From the NCBI GenBank assembly GCA_002269645.1, contig NIVC01004820.1, forward strand, positions 1 through 34,214: a stretch of DNA of 34,214 nucleotides, read 5' to 3'. Source of the DNA: Macrostomum lignano (lineage: Eukaryota). Below the pieces are notes generated by a model that saw only the letters and a program-made list of their open reading frames with translations, searched no databases and was not told the DNA's origin. The position numbers and the translations under genes are program-made. Positions 1 to 10,890 of this stretch are shown piece by piece; position 1 is the stretch's first letter; each line of letters opens with the position of its first letter.

Positions 1-1493
1 CTTGTTTGCTTTGTTAATTAATTATTTTATCACTTTCTCTCCTCTCTCCCCCTCTCTCCTCTCTACCAAATCTACTATCCTAGGTGAACTCGCGTCCCAT
101 ACAATAACAGATTTTTAAAGCAAAAATTTCTAATTAAGCGATCTGTTGGCTTGCGCAATCAATGCTTTTGAGAAAAAAGGTATCAGTTAAATGGACATGC
201 CTAATATATCGCTTATCTCACTCAGCTGTAGCGTAAAAACGCTACATATCGGTAGTGTCAGGATTAGAAGCATCTTCCCGTATTATGACCCGTATCCATC
301 TTTTCATTGTCTTTAAATTTCGCGCTTGGCAACTACAGTCTTTTGCTCATCCCGTCAGCATATTTTGGGTGAGATAGATAGATTCGAGAGCAAGGCGCGG
401 CGGACAAGGCCAGGCCTGATCGACCCAGGCCTGATAAGAACTGCTAAGAAGGAGCTGCCGCTGGGTGGAATATTTTTTCCTCTTTCTACCGGCGTCCCTC
501 CCCTGCCCCGCCTCATCTGAGACCCCGCCTCCCAACAGGATGCGGAAAGGCGAGCGGCGCTCCGAGCTCAAACTAGCGCTGCCACCCCGTCTCACTGCTG
601 ACTATCCTCGTCTCTTACTCCCATTTCCTCGCCGCGGAGCCGCCTCCCTTTCGCTTTCCTCCTCCCATCACTCGCCCGCCTATTTTCCAGGTGAACGATC
701 TCGCTATTCACCTCCCTCCCCCCCCCCCTATGGCTCGCGAATAGCGAAATGAAAGAGAGGGAGAGAGAGAGAGACATGGGAATGGTGGGGGCTTTTCGGG
801 GCGAGGTCCATTCGATACCCGCACCGATTCTTCTTGTGTGTGTAAAGGTGCACGGGTCAAAGGGGTGGAGTGAGGTAGGGAGGGAGCAGTGGCGGCAGTA
901 TTATCTGCAGCTCAGATCGAAGTCGAATACATTGAATACTTTGATACCGCAGCAGCGCGGGTCTTTTGATGCATGCTGCAAGGCATTAAATCGAAGGTTA
1001 CAAAGGCGTGGCTCTTGGCTTTGCCATTGCTGGCATTGCTGGCGGTCTACGAGTATAGTGCTTTTCTAGAGCGTTAATGAAAGCATCCTTTGCTCTTACT
1101 TTGGGCTTCTATCCAGCGCCTAAAAAGCGACTGTGAAAGTCGTCAATAATGAGTCATGCGGGCCGTATTTGAGTCATTGGTTTCTGAGTAGTTTTGCCTT
1201 TAATCCGAGACACTACAGAGCTGTTATATGGTAGATAGCACATTATTTAGACTAGTTCTGCATAAAGGTGGGTGGGAGTGGTTGTACTGTCAGGCACCGC
1301 GGGGCCACAAGAAATGTGAGATTGTTGCTTTAACTGCAATGGGTGAGCCATCCAAGGGAGGTCAAGGGGGTCAGCCGCCCCCGCCCAAGTGTACACAGAC
1401 CGCCTGATAACCAGAAAGCCTGGGGCCGATGTACACCCTGTAACTAATGCTACTATGATGACTTGACCACCCGCCCCCTCTCACCTGCAGAAC

Positions 1494-1764
1494 ATGCTGC
1501 AACACGCTACAGGCGTGTCGCCTCGCAACTCCTCCCCTAGCAACAACAACAACACTAATGTTAGCAGCGGAGTCGGCGCCCTCACCAACGGAGTTGGCAG
1601 CGACGCCGACAGGAAGAGCAACACGAACCTGTACATCCGCGGCCTGCTGCCCAGCGACACGGACGAGACCATCCGGCAGCTGGTGTCCGACACCGCCAGC
1701 ATCCCGGCCGAGGCCATCAACTCTACTAAGGCTGTTATGGATGACCAGACTGGACAGTGCAAAG
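1494..1764 (+). CDS. shep: RBMS/shep-like RRM RNA-binding protein, coding exon 1 (RRM1 N-half)
   Basis: Acceptor cacctgcAG at 1490, ATG at 1494. Translation SNTNLYIRGL (RNP2) and STKAVMD..CK matches RBMS/Alan shepard RRM1 (KTNLYIRGL...STKAILD...CKG). Donor GT at 1765, phase 1. Confidence 0.85.
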
Positions 1765-2221
1765 GTGCCCGTCATTTTTTTTGGGGGGGGGGCTGGCTTA
1801 GGCTTAGAATAACTTGGCAAGTTCCATCGCTGATTCGGAGCTTTGCCTTTTAAAATAGCCTCTCTTACTAATCCTCTATACTCCCCTTCCTCCCTTTCTT
1901 TACCTTCTTCCTTCCCCTCTTACCCTCTTCCTTCTCCTTCTTCCCCTCTTCCTCCCCCTTCCCCTCCGTCTTTTTCTTCCTCTCTCTTATCCGATTGTCC
2001 GTGCTTTACATCTGAAAGGCCCGTGCGAGTATACCGTCCATTGCTTCGATTTCTAACTGAACCCTTTATCTATGCTCTCACATCTTGCTTTTGCACCTTT
2101 TCCCTGCGCATCTCTGGTCTCTTCACAATTCCCTTCTTTCCAAGCAGCTTGCGGCGCTTGAGCTCCAGCTAATAGCATTCACTCGCTGGCCACCGCACTC
2201 TCTTACCACGCTCACTTTGTA

Positions 2222-2844
2222 TCTCACTGTCTCACTGTCGGAGTCTCACTGTCTCATTGTCGGAGTCTCACTGTCTCACTGTCGGAGTCTCACTGTCTCA
2301 CTGTCTCAGTCTCACTGTCTCACTGTCGGAGTCTCACTGTCTCATTGTCGGAGTCTCACTGTCTCACTGTCGGAGTCTCACTGTCTCACTGTCTGAGTCT
2401 CACTGTCTCACTGTCGGAGTCTCACTGTCTCAATGTCGGAGTCTCACTGTCTCACTGTCTGAGTCTCACTGTCTCACTGTCGGAGTCTCACTGTCTCAAT
2501 GTCGGAGTCTCACTATCTCACGTCGGAGTCTCACTGTCTCACTGTCGGAGTCTCACTATCTCACTGTCGGAGTCTCACTGTCTCAATGTCCGAGTCTCAC
2601 TGTCTCACTGTCGGAGTCTCACTGTCTCAATGTCCGAGTCTCACTGTCTCACTGTCGGAGTCTCACTGTCTCACTGTCGGAGTCTCACTATCTCACGTCG
2701 GAGTCTCACTGTCTCAATGTCGGAGTCTCACTGTCTCAATGTCCGAGTCTCACTATCTCACTATCGGAGTCTCACTGTCTCAATGTCGGAGTCTCACTGT
2801 CTCACTTTCGGAGTCTCACTGTCTCACTGTCGGAGTCTCACTGT
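2222..2844. repeat. Intronic minisatellite of 8-bp (CTCACTGT) and 14-bp (CGGAGTCTCACTGT) modules, commonly a 22-bp unit
   Basis: Directly visible tandem repetition inside intron 1 (1765-2916). Confidence 0.95.
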
Positions 2845-2916
2845 CACACATCCCGACTCTCACTTATCTCCCAACGGCACGGCCTTACTCTCCGCTCTTC
2901 CTTCTCCGCGCCGTAG

Positions 2917-3023
2917 GCTACGGATTCGTTGACTTTCGCGACGAGACGCAGGCCCAGCTGGCGCTGGACGCCTTGACCAAATCGTCTCTGCGCGGAGGCA
3001 AACTGCAGATCAGCTACGCCCGG
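2917..3023 (+). CDS. shep: RBMS/shep-like protein, exon 2 (RNP1 of RRM1)
   Basis: Acceptor ccgtAG at 2916. Splicing restores K-G-Y-G-F-V-D-F (RNP1) in phase, ending LQISYAR. Donor GTGAGT at 3024. Confidence 0.9.
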
Positions 3024-3685
3024 GTGAGTGCCCGGACTAAATTCAATTTAGGCAGCAAAATTTCTATATTTCTACTGTCAGTAGCTGATCTAGGCCGCCT
3101 ACAATAAAGACCACGCCCACAAACTGCAATGCGAGATTAATCTTGGAAAAGATTCTATGGCTGTCTGGGTGACAGGGCGCTTTGGCACCTTTAATTGCTT
3201 CGTTAATTGCTTGCATTTACTACTGTATTAGTAGTACAAGTTACTTTTTATGCGCCAAAAACTTGCAATATAACAACTCAATGCCGCTTTCAATCACTAC
3301 CTACAGGCAAAGGAGGTAAATATCTACAACAGGTTGCTGGTGCCATTGGGCTAAGTGTGATTTGCTTTGCTAAATAATATTCTGTTGCTTTATTTTTTCT
3401 TTTTTTCGATAATTTCTTCTTTTTAATTAACCAATTGAAACAGGATTTTTTTGCTGATTTCACTTATATATTACTTAGCTATCTCATAAGGCCTGCGAAC
3501 CTTTGATCTCTGTGTAGTCTGCTGTTATTCTTGCGTTGTGCTGACCTTTTTTATTACCTGCCCAACTGTGGGCTCTGTTCAAACAATCGCTTCAATATTC
3601 CCCTCAATACTATTCTTAATATTACTGCAATCCAATCCTTATTCATTCTGCCTCTGGAATAATCCCCATATCACATCCCATAGCG

Positions 3686-4834
3686 TCACTTATAAATATC
3701 CCCATTCTGCATCCCATCACTTATAAATATCCTCATTCTGCATCCCATCACTTATAAATATCCCCATTTTCTATCCCAATCAATATAAATATCCCCATTC
3801 CGCATCCCATCACTTATAAATATCCCCATTTCCTATCCCAATCAATATAAATATCCCCATTCCGCATCCCATCACTTATAAATATCCCCATTTCCTATCC
3901 CAATCAATATAAATATCCTTATTCTGCATCCCATCACTTATAAATATCCCCATTTCCTATCCCAATCAATATAAATATCCTCATTCTGCATCCCATCACT
4001 TATAAATATCCCCATTTCCTATCCCAATCAATATAAATATCCTCATTCTGCATCCCATCACTTATAAATATCCCCATTTCCTATCCCAATCAATATAAAT
4101 ATCCTCATTCTGCATCCCATCACTTATAAATATCCCCATTTCCTATCCCAATCAATATAAATATCCCCATTCCGCATCCCATCACTTATAAATATCCCCA
4201 TTTCCTATCCCAATCAATATAAATATCCTTATTCTGCATCCCATCACTTATAAATATCCCCATTTCCTATCCCAATCAATATAAATATCCTTATTCTGCA
4301 TCCCATCACTTATAAATATCCCATTTCCTATCCCAATCAATATAAATATCCTCATTCTGCATCCCATCACTTATAAATATCCCCATTTCCTATCCCAATC
4401 AATATAAATATCCTCATTCTGCATCCCATCACTTATAAATATCCCCATTTCCTATCCCAATCAATATAAATATCCTCATTCTGCATCCCATCACTTATAA
4501 ATATCCCCATTTCCTATCCCAATCAATATAAATATCCCCATTCCGCATCCCATCACTTATAAATATCCCCATTTCCTATCCCAATCAATATAAATATCCT
4601 CATTCTGCATCCCATCACTTATAAATATCCCCATTTCCTATCCCAATCAATATAAATATCCTCATTCTGCATCCCATCACTTATAAATATCCCCATTTCC
4701 TATCCCAATCAATATAAATATCCTCATTCTGCATCCCATCACTTATAAATATCCCCATTTCCTATCCCAATCAATATAAATATCCTCATTCTGCATCCCA
4801 TCACTTATAAATATCCCCATTCCGCATCTCATCA
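3686..4834. repeat. Intronic satellite: 62-bp dimer of two alternating 31-bp monomers
   Basis: Monomer A is AAATATCCCCATTTCCTATCCCAATCAATAT and monomer B is AAATATCCTCATTCTGCATCCCATCACTTAT. The period is 62 (cccaatcaat at 3961 and 4023), with about 37 monomers. Confidence 0.95.
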
Positions 4835-5559
4835 GGATAAGCATTAGGGATTCAGTAATTTAGGTATCCCAGTACTTACGAGTATTTTAGCCACTGCAGC
4901 AAGCGACATTCGAGCGTACCAAGCAATCTTCCTTCCTTTCATATTTTTACCTGACACCCAGAAATTTGCAGCTCTCTTTCTGCTCGAATTCAGATTCGGT
5001 AAACGTTGTAAATATTGTAGCACTATTTATGTCATGTAGTTAATAACTTGGTAAAAAAATAGCTGAAAGTCATGTGATCTGGCTGGATTACAATTTTAAC
5101 TAGCTATATTTCTATAATCGTTTATTATTCAATAGTAAACAGTTTTTGCTTTTATAGAACTTTTAATGCTTAGAATGTATATAACTGGTTAATCACCTAT
5201 TTAATATTCATTATTCCAACTGTAAAACAAGTACATATATGAGAGCTAGCATTTAAATAGCAAGATTGGACATAATAAAGCTGTTCTATTCAGTAAGTAT
5301 ACAATTGACCAACTGCTTAAATAGTTTTAACATTTTGCATACAAAATCCTTATTCATAAATTTATCGTGTTAACACAGTGTACACAACTTTCGCTTAAAC
5401 TGTATATGCGACAGGGGATTTTTTTAGACTAATTCCCCATGACTGCTTCATATATATACAATACAATATATATCAGTACAATATATATCAGTACATGTAT
5501 ATTTTACATGCACTACAGCTAACAGGATTATTCTCTGCGAGATTACTGCTGGTGTCTCT

Positions 5560-6330
5560 GGTATCCCTGGTTGTCCCTGGCTTGCCCTATAGTATATCCC
5601 TGGCATCCATAGCATACCTGGCATCCCTGGCATACCTGGCATCCCTGGCATCCCAGCATACCTGGCATCCCTAGCATACCTGGCATCCATAGCATACCTG
5701 GCATCCCTGGCATACCTGGCATCCATAGCATACCTGGCATCCCTGCATACCTGGCATCCCTGGCATCCCAAGCATACCTGGCATCCCTAGCATACCTGGC
5801 ATCCCTAGCATACCTGGCATCCCTGGCATACCTGGCATCCCTGGCATCCCAAGCATACCTGGCATCCCTAGCATACCTGGCATCCATAGCATACCTGGCA
5901 TCCCTGGCATACCTGGCATCCATAGCATACCTGGCATCCCTGGCATACCTGGCATCCCTGGCATCCCAAGCATACCTGGCATCCCTAGCATACCTGGCAT
6001 CCCTAGCATACCTGGCATCCCTGGCATACCTGGCATCCCTGGCATCCCAAGCATACCTGGCATCCCTAGCATACCTGGCATCCCAAGCATACCTGGCATC
6101 CCAAGCATACCTGGCATCCATAGCATACCTGGCATCCCTAGCATACCTGGAATCCCTGGCACACCTGGCATACCTGGCACATCTAGCTTGCCCTATAGTA
6201 TATCTCTGGCATCCCTTGGCATACCTGGCATCCCTGGCATACCTGGCATCCCTGGCACACCTGGCATACCTGGCACACCTGGCATACCTGGCTTGCCCTA
6301 TATCCCTGGGATACCTGGGATCCCTGGTAT
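5560..6330. repeat. Intronic minisatellite, 9/18-bp unit (GGCATCCCT GGCATACCT)
   Basis: Visible tandem repetition in intron 2. CTTGCCCTATAGTATATC recurs at 5581 and 6187. Confidence 0.93.
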
Positions 6331-6541
6331 CTGTGACATCCCTGCGTCTCCATTACTTAGGTCTGTCCACCTCTTACAAACGTTACTCATTCTGTGCCCG
6401 ATGCCGGTGCAGGAGTTATCATATAATATGCTTAGAATGCACTGAGAGCTTGAGAGCTCCTATCAGATACTGCCGTGCATCCGCAAGCCGCTCCCGCCCC
6501 CCTCGCCCGTCCTTTTCCGCACCCTCCGGACCCGCGCCCAG

Positions 6542-6757
6542 GACTCCGAGAAGGACCCGACTAACATCTATATAAAAAACCTGCCGACCCGGCCCGAGTG
6601 CAACGAGGACTGGATGAGCCACAAGCTGGCCGAGGACCTCACCAAGGCCATCACTGGCCGGATCGTGTCCTGCCGGGTGATGCGGGCCACCGACCCGGGC
6701 ACCAGGCAGCAGACCAGCGCCACCGGGGCCGGCTTCATCCGGTTCGAGAAGGAGCAG
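6542..6757 (+). CDS. shep: RBMS/shep-like protein, exon 3 (RRM2)
   Basis: Acceptor cccAG at 6541. 72 codons DSEKDPTNIYIKNLP...GAGFIRFEKEQ, resembling the RBMS motif QDPTNLYISNLP. Donor GTGAGA at 6758, phase 0. Confidence 0.88.
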
Positions 6758-6851
6758 GTGAGAGACTCGGTGCTGCTGCAACAGCAACTGCTTGACCTAT
6801 TCATACCTGACCCAATCCTGAGTTGAGTCCGCCCACACTGCATCCCCGCAG

Positions 6852-7537
6852 GACGCCCTCACCGCCATCGCCTTCATCAACAAGCACGGCGCCAGCCTAG
6901 GCCAAAAGTACGGCTGCCCTCGACCGCTCGAGGCCAAGCTGGCCGACAAGACCAATCAGCGCAAGAAGCAGCGGGCCGCCGCCGCTGCCGCCGCCGCATC
7001 CACTGCGGGAAGCCTCGGCCCGCACGGCCACTCCATGCAGCACGGCGTCGGAGGCGGCGGCGCCGTGGCTACGCCGACCAGTGCGTCAGCTGCCGCTGCC
7101 GCTGCTGCAGCCGCTGCCGCAGCCGCTGCCGCCGCCGGCGGTGGCCTCGTGGGAGCTGGGCAGCTGCCGCTGGGCCTCCTGCAGCCGGGCACCCCGGCAG
7201 CCGCCGCCGCCGCTGCAGCCGCTGCCGCAGCCGCCGGCTACCCGGCCAGGGCGGCGCCGGCGCCGGCCGGGCTGGCCTATCCGCCTGGCGCCCAGCTGCT
7301 GCAGGCCGGCTCCATCTACAGCCATCACCAGCCTCATCATCACCAGGTGCCTGTGTCCGCCATGCCGGCCGTTGCCCGACCGCCTCCTCGTTGGCTGCGG
7401 CGGCCGCGGCGGCTGCCGCTTACAGCCGGCCTCAGGCGGGCGCTGCCGCCGCCCAGTCCGCCGCCTACATGTACGCGGCCGCCCCGCAGCCGCAGCAGAT
7501 GACGGCGGCCACCGCTCCAACTGCTTCCATGTTCCAG
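6852..7537 (+). CDS. shep: RBMS/shep-like protein, exon 4 (end of RRM2 plus Ala/Gln/His/Tyr low-complexity tail; 1-bp frameshift near 7376)
   Basis: Acceptor cgcAG at 6851. DALTAIAFIN...PLEAKLADK..RKKQR resembles RBMS PLLCKFAD..KKR, followed by poly-Ala tracts. Adding one C in gttgcccgac (7371-7380) continues the frame PTASSLAAAA...AAYMYAAAPQPQQM...SMFQ to donor GTGAGC at 7538. Confidence 0.75.
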
Positions 7538-7541
7538 GTGA

Positions 7542-8175
7542 GCAGCTGAGCTAAGTTGGGCAGCTGAGTTGAGTACATGTAGCTGAGATGGCAGCTGAGT
7601 TGAGTACATGTAGCTGAGTCGGGCAGCTGACTTGAGTAATGTAGCTGAGATGGCAGCTGAGTTGAGTACATGTAGCTGAGATGGGCAGCTGAGTTGAGTA
7701 CATGTAGCTGAGATGGGCAGCTGAGTTGAGTACATGTAGCTGAGATGGGCAGCTGAGTTGAGTACATGTAGCTGAGATGGGCAGCTGAGTTGAGTACATG
7801 TAGCTGAGATGGGCAGCTGAGTTGAGTACATGTAGCTGAGATGGGCAGCTGAGTTGAGTACATGTAGCTGAGTCGGGCAGCTGAGTTGAGTACATGTAGC
7901 TGAGTCGGGCAGCTGAGTTGAGTACATGTAACTGAGTCGGGCAGCTGAGTTGAGTACATGTAGCTGAGTCGGGCAGCTGAGTTGAGTACATGTAGCTGAG
8001 TCGGGCAGCTGAGTTGAGTAAATGTAGCTGAGATGGGCAGCTGAGTTGAGTACATGTAGCTGAGTCGGGCAGCTGAGTTGAGTACATGTAGCTGAGTCGG
8101 GCAGCTGAGTTAAGTACATGTAGCTGAGTCGGGCAGCTGAGTTGAGTACATGTAGCTGAGTCGGGCAGCTGAGTA
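7542..8175. repeat. Intronic minisatellite, 32-bp unit (GCAGCTGAGTTGAGTACATGTAGCTGAGTCGG / ...GATGG)
   Basis: The period is 32 (atggg at 7681 and 7713), with about 19-20 copies filling almost the whole of intron 4 (7538-8196). Confidence 0.95.
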
Positions 8176-8196
8176 CAGTCACTGTTTTTCGACTAG

Positions 8197-8482
8197 CAAT
8201 CCGAGAAGTCCCGCTGCCGCCCCTCCACCGCCACTGCAGCGCGGCTCTTGGATCAGCTACGACCCGTCGTCCGCCTACGCGCTGTTCGCTGGCGCCGGTC
8301 ACCCGCAGATGCTGCAGAACCCGCAGCAGCAGCAGCAGCAGCAGCCACAGCAGCAGCCGCCTCCGCCGCCACCACCCCAAATGTACGGCGAGGCTCCGCA
8401 GCCGCCGCCGCAGTTTTATTACGCCAGCATCGATCCGTCGGCCGCCTATCAGCACCTGGGTCTGGCCGTTGATCAGCAGTGA
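8197..8482 (+). CDS. shep: RBMS/shep-like protein, probable last exon (Q/P/Y-rich), stop TGA 8480-8482
   Basis: Acceptor ttttcgactAG at 8196. The frame reads ..AAAPPPPLQRGSWISYDPSSAY..PQQQQQQQP..YYASIDPSAAYQHLGLAVDQQ*, with the same composition as exon 4. The phase does not reconcile with exon 4 without another 1-bp indel, so the 5' boundary is uncertain. Confidence 0.6.
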
Positions 8483-8548
8483 TAGGTGTCCGCTGCGCCT
8501 AGACCTCTGACATTGCGGCCAGTTCAAGGTGTCCTGCTTGCACCTGTG

Positions 8549-8549
<1 letters not shown>

Positions 8550-8613
<64 letters not shown>

Positions 8614-8736
8614 TCGCAAGCTGAACTGAACAAAAAACCCAGAGAGATCCCGAGTCAGTTCGACGTCCCCCCATCTCTCATTCCGCCCCTTGTTCCCCTG
8701 GTCCCACCTTTTCTCCCTCCCTCTCTCTCTCTCTCT

Positions 8737-8774
<38 letters not shown>

Positions 8775-8785
8775 CTCTCTCTCTC
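8550..8785. repeat. (GTCT)n microsatellite (8550-8607) and (CT)n tract (8722-8785) in the presumed 3' UTR
   Basis: Directly visible. Confidence 0.9.
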
Positions 8786-9810
8786 TTCTAGTCCTTTTAC
8801 TGATTTTTATTTTCTTGGCCGTCTTCGATCGCCTCAGGCTTTGTGTTTTTGTATTACCCACCGAGCTACCTGTCTGACCCCAGCTTCGCGACTGTCCCGC
8901 TCTGGCTCCGTAGTCGGCCCGCCACACACAAGTCTCTTTTTTACTTTACCAAAAACTTCTTTTTTTGGCTTGTCAGCGTTTTTTTCTTAGCTGCCAGAAA
9001 TTGCACCTCGCTCGCCAGGCGGTTTACTTTTTAACCTTCCAACGCTCTTTTTTTCGTTTGTTTTGATCTCGCCGCCTCGCCGCGATTACAGGGTTGAACA
9101 AAATTATTCGACTGCTTCTGTGACGGCTTCTTCAATCCGGAGTCCGTTTCTGTGATGGCAGTGACTTCGGGCCCTCCGCTCTGTCTGTTTGTTTTGTGTT
9201 TTGTTTTTTTTTGCTTCTTGCTTCAGGGCGGTGATCCTTCAGCAACCCCTTGACCCCCCCTCGCCTGTCCCCTGTAAATAACTGGGTCCGGCAGTTCGAA
9301 CCCCCGTTTGGGATTGAGTGGTTTCTTAAAACAGAGAATTTTTTCTTCTTTTTTGGCTTTGCTTTGCTGTTGTTGCTCTGTCTCTGTATTGGTATACCGT
9401 TGTCTGTCCGCGGCTGCCCGCCATCAGCACTAAAGCTAATTTATAGTGTTTGTACTTTTCTAAAAGGCTTGTCATTAAAAGCAGACACACAAAAAGTTGC
9501 AGAAAAATCTCCTGAACCTGATTGAAATTTTCTTCCTTCTCCTTCTGGTCTCCGCCATTGTGTTTTGTCTCCGGAAATTTTTTCTCTTCAGTTGATTTTG
9601 TCAGTCGAGGGGGGGGGCGATTTTTTTTCTGTCCGTCTGTCCGGCCGACTGTCTCGATCCACGATCAGCGCTGACATCAGTAATTAATATAAAGTTCAAT
9701 GCTGGAGCTACAGGTACCAATTCTTTCTTCTGTTCTACTTCTACTGCCGAGAATCCCACGTGTTCACATCGCGTTATCGTTTTGCTTTCTGCTTTGATGT
9801 TTGGTGCTCT

Positions 9811-10412
9811 CTGCTGATTGGTCAGAAATTGCCAGGGAATCTGATTGGTCAGAAATGTGCCCAGAGAATCTGATTGGTCAGGATGGAAATGCCCAGAGAA
9901 TCTGATTGGTTAGGATGGAAATGCCCAGAGAATCTGATTGGTCAGAAATGCCCAGAGAATCTGATTGGTCAGGATGGAAATGCCCAGAGAATCTGATTAG
10001 TCAGAAATACACAGATAATCCGATTGGTCAGGATGGAAATACACAGATAATCTGATTGGTCAGGATGGAAATGCCCAGAAAATCTGATTGGTCAGAAATA
10101 CACAGATAATCTGATTGGTCAGGATGGAAATGCCCAGAAAATCTGATTGGTCAGAAATACACATAATCTGATTGGTCAGGATGGAAATACCCAGATAATC
10201 TGATTGGTCAGGATGGAAATACCCAGATAATCTGATTGGTCAGGATGGAAATACCCTAAGAATCCGATTGGTCAGGATGGAAATACCCTAAGAATCCGAT
10301 TGGTCAGGATGGAAATACCAAGATAATCTGATTGGTCAGGATGGAAGTAGCTACCTAGAGAATCTAATTAATCAGGATGGAAGTAGCTACCTAGAGAATC
10401 TGATTGGTCAGA
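9811..10412. repeat. Intergenic minisatellite, ~24-37-bp unit with core AATCTGATTGGTCAG (inverted CCAAT box)
   Basis: About 20 units, about 18 with intact ATTGG. It lies between the convergent 3' ends of the RBMS-like and 14-3-3 genes. Confidence 0.93.
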
Positions 10413-10418
10413 AAACAG

Positions 10419-10424
10419 TTTATT
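10419..10424 (-). promoter_or_regulatory. Candidate AATAAA polyadenylation signal of the 14-3-3 gene
   Basis: TTTATT on + strand, about 190 nt past the 14-3-3 stop and just before the CCAAT array. Based on position only. Confidence 0.5.
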
Positions 10425-10612
10425 TGAGGGATTGTATTACAGAGAATTCCTTACGCACTGCATATATTTATGGTTGAATGCATCCTTAGTTACACATACA
10501 AGACGCTTACTACTTAACTTAAATCAGAGGGCCTGCGCGAACAGAAATGTTTGCATGTCAATCCAAGCGGAAAACATGGATCTGCGCATTCTGGCTCGAA
10601 TTCGAGCAGTTC

Positions 10613-10657
10613 TCAGTTTGATTTGTCAGAATCTCCGCAGTGCTCCGCCGACCAGAG
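10613..10657 (-). CDS. 14-3-3: 14-3-3 protein, exon 4 (LWSAEHCGDSDKSN*)
   Basis: Minus-strand acceptor ttcaattgcAG at 10658. Splicing joins RDNIT|LW to rebuild the 14-3-3 C-terminal motif LLRDNLTLW. Stop TGA 10615-10613. Confidence 0.85.
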   Translation of the reverse strand, partial: LWSAEHCGDSDKSN

Positions 10658-10745
10658 CTGCAATTGAATTGAAGAATCTCTTCGGTGTTTGTGGATATTT
10701 TTTATCGAGTTGGGAATTACATTGGGAAATTCCCCAGTCACTAAC

Positions 10746-10844
10746 CGTGATGTTATCCCTGAGCAGCTGCATGAGGAGGCTGGCGTCTTTGTACGACTCG
10801 TCCGAAGGCAGCTTGTCCAGCTCCTGGATCGCTGCAGAATAAGC
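10746..10844 (-). CDS. 14-3-3: 14-3-3 protein, exon 3 (AYSAAIQELDKLPSDESYKDASLLMQLLRDNIT)
   Basis: Manual translation matches the 14-3-3 signature AFDxAIxELDxLxEESYKDSTLIMQLLRDNLT. Acceptor cccaAG and donor GTTAGT, both phase 0. Confidence 0.92.
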
Positions 10845-10890
10845 CTTGGGAGATCGGTGGGCCAGGTATTTATAGACTTGTGAGTGCCCG

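Noticed and set aside
227-246. Perfect hairpin TGTAGCGT-AAAA-ACGCTACA as a Helitron 3' end or terminator
   Set aside because: There is no CTRR terminus at the expected distance on either strand, and an 8-bp stem can occur by chance.
326-1069. Short ORFs at the window start
   Set aside because: They are low-complexity or purine/pyrimidine-tract translations with no domain motifs, more likely promoter, UTR or outron sequence.
2257-2932. Long ORFs such as MSESHCLTVGVSL...
   Set aside because: These are translations of a stop-free minisatellite in all three frames. The same applies to the ORFs at 5448-6180, 7340-8087, 16387-16980, 28885-29727 and 29916-30599.
5560-6330. Collagen-like (Gly-Ile-Pro)n reading of the 9-bp repeat on + strand
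   Set aside because: It lies inside an intron of the RBMS-like gene. Many Gly positions are Ser (AGC), 1-bp deletions break the frame (near 5655 and 5746), and there is no signal peptide or fitting splice sites.
10432-10883. Plus-strand ORFs of 136 and 64 aa
   Set aside because: They are antisense shadows of 14-3-3 exons 3 and 4 and have no recognisable motifs.
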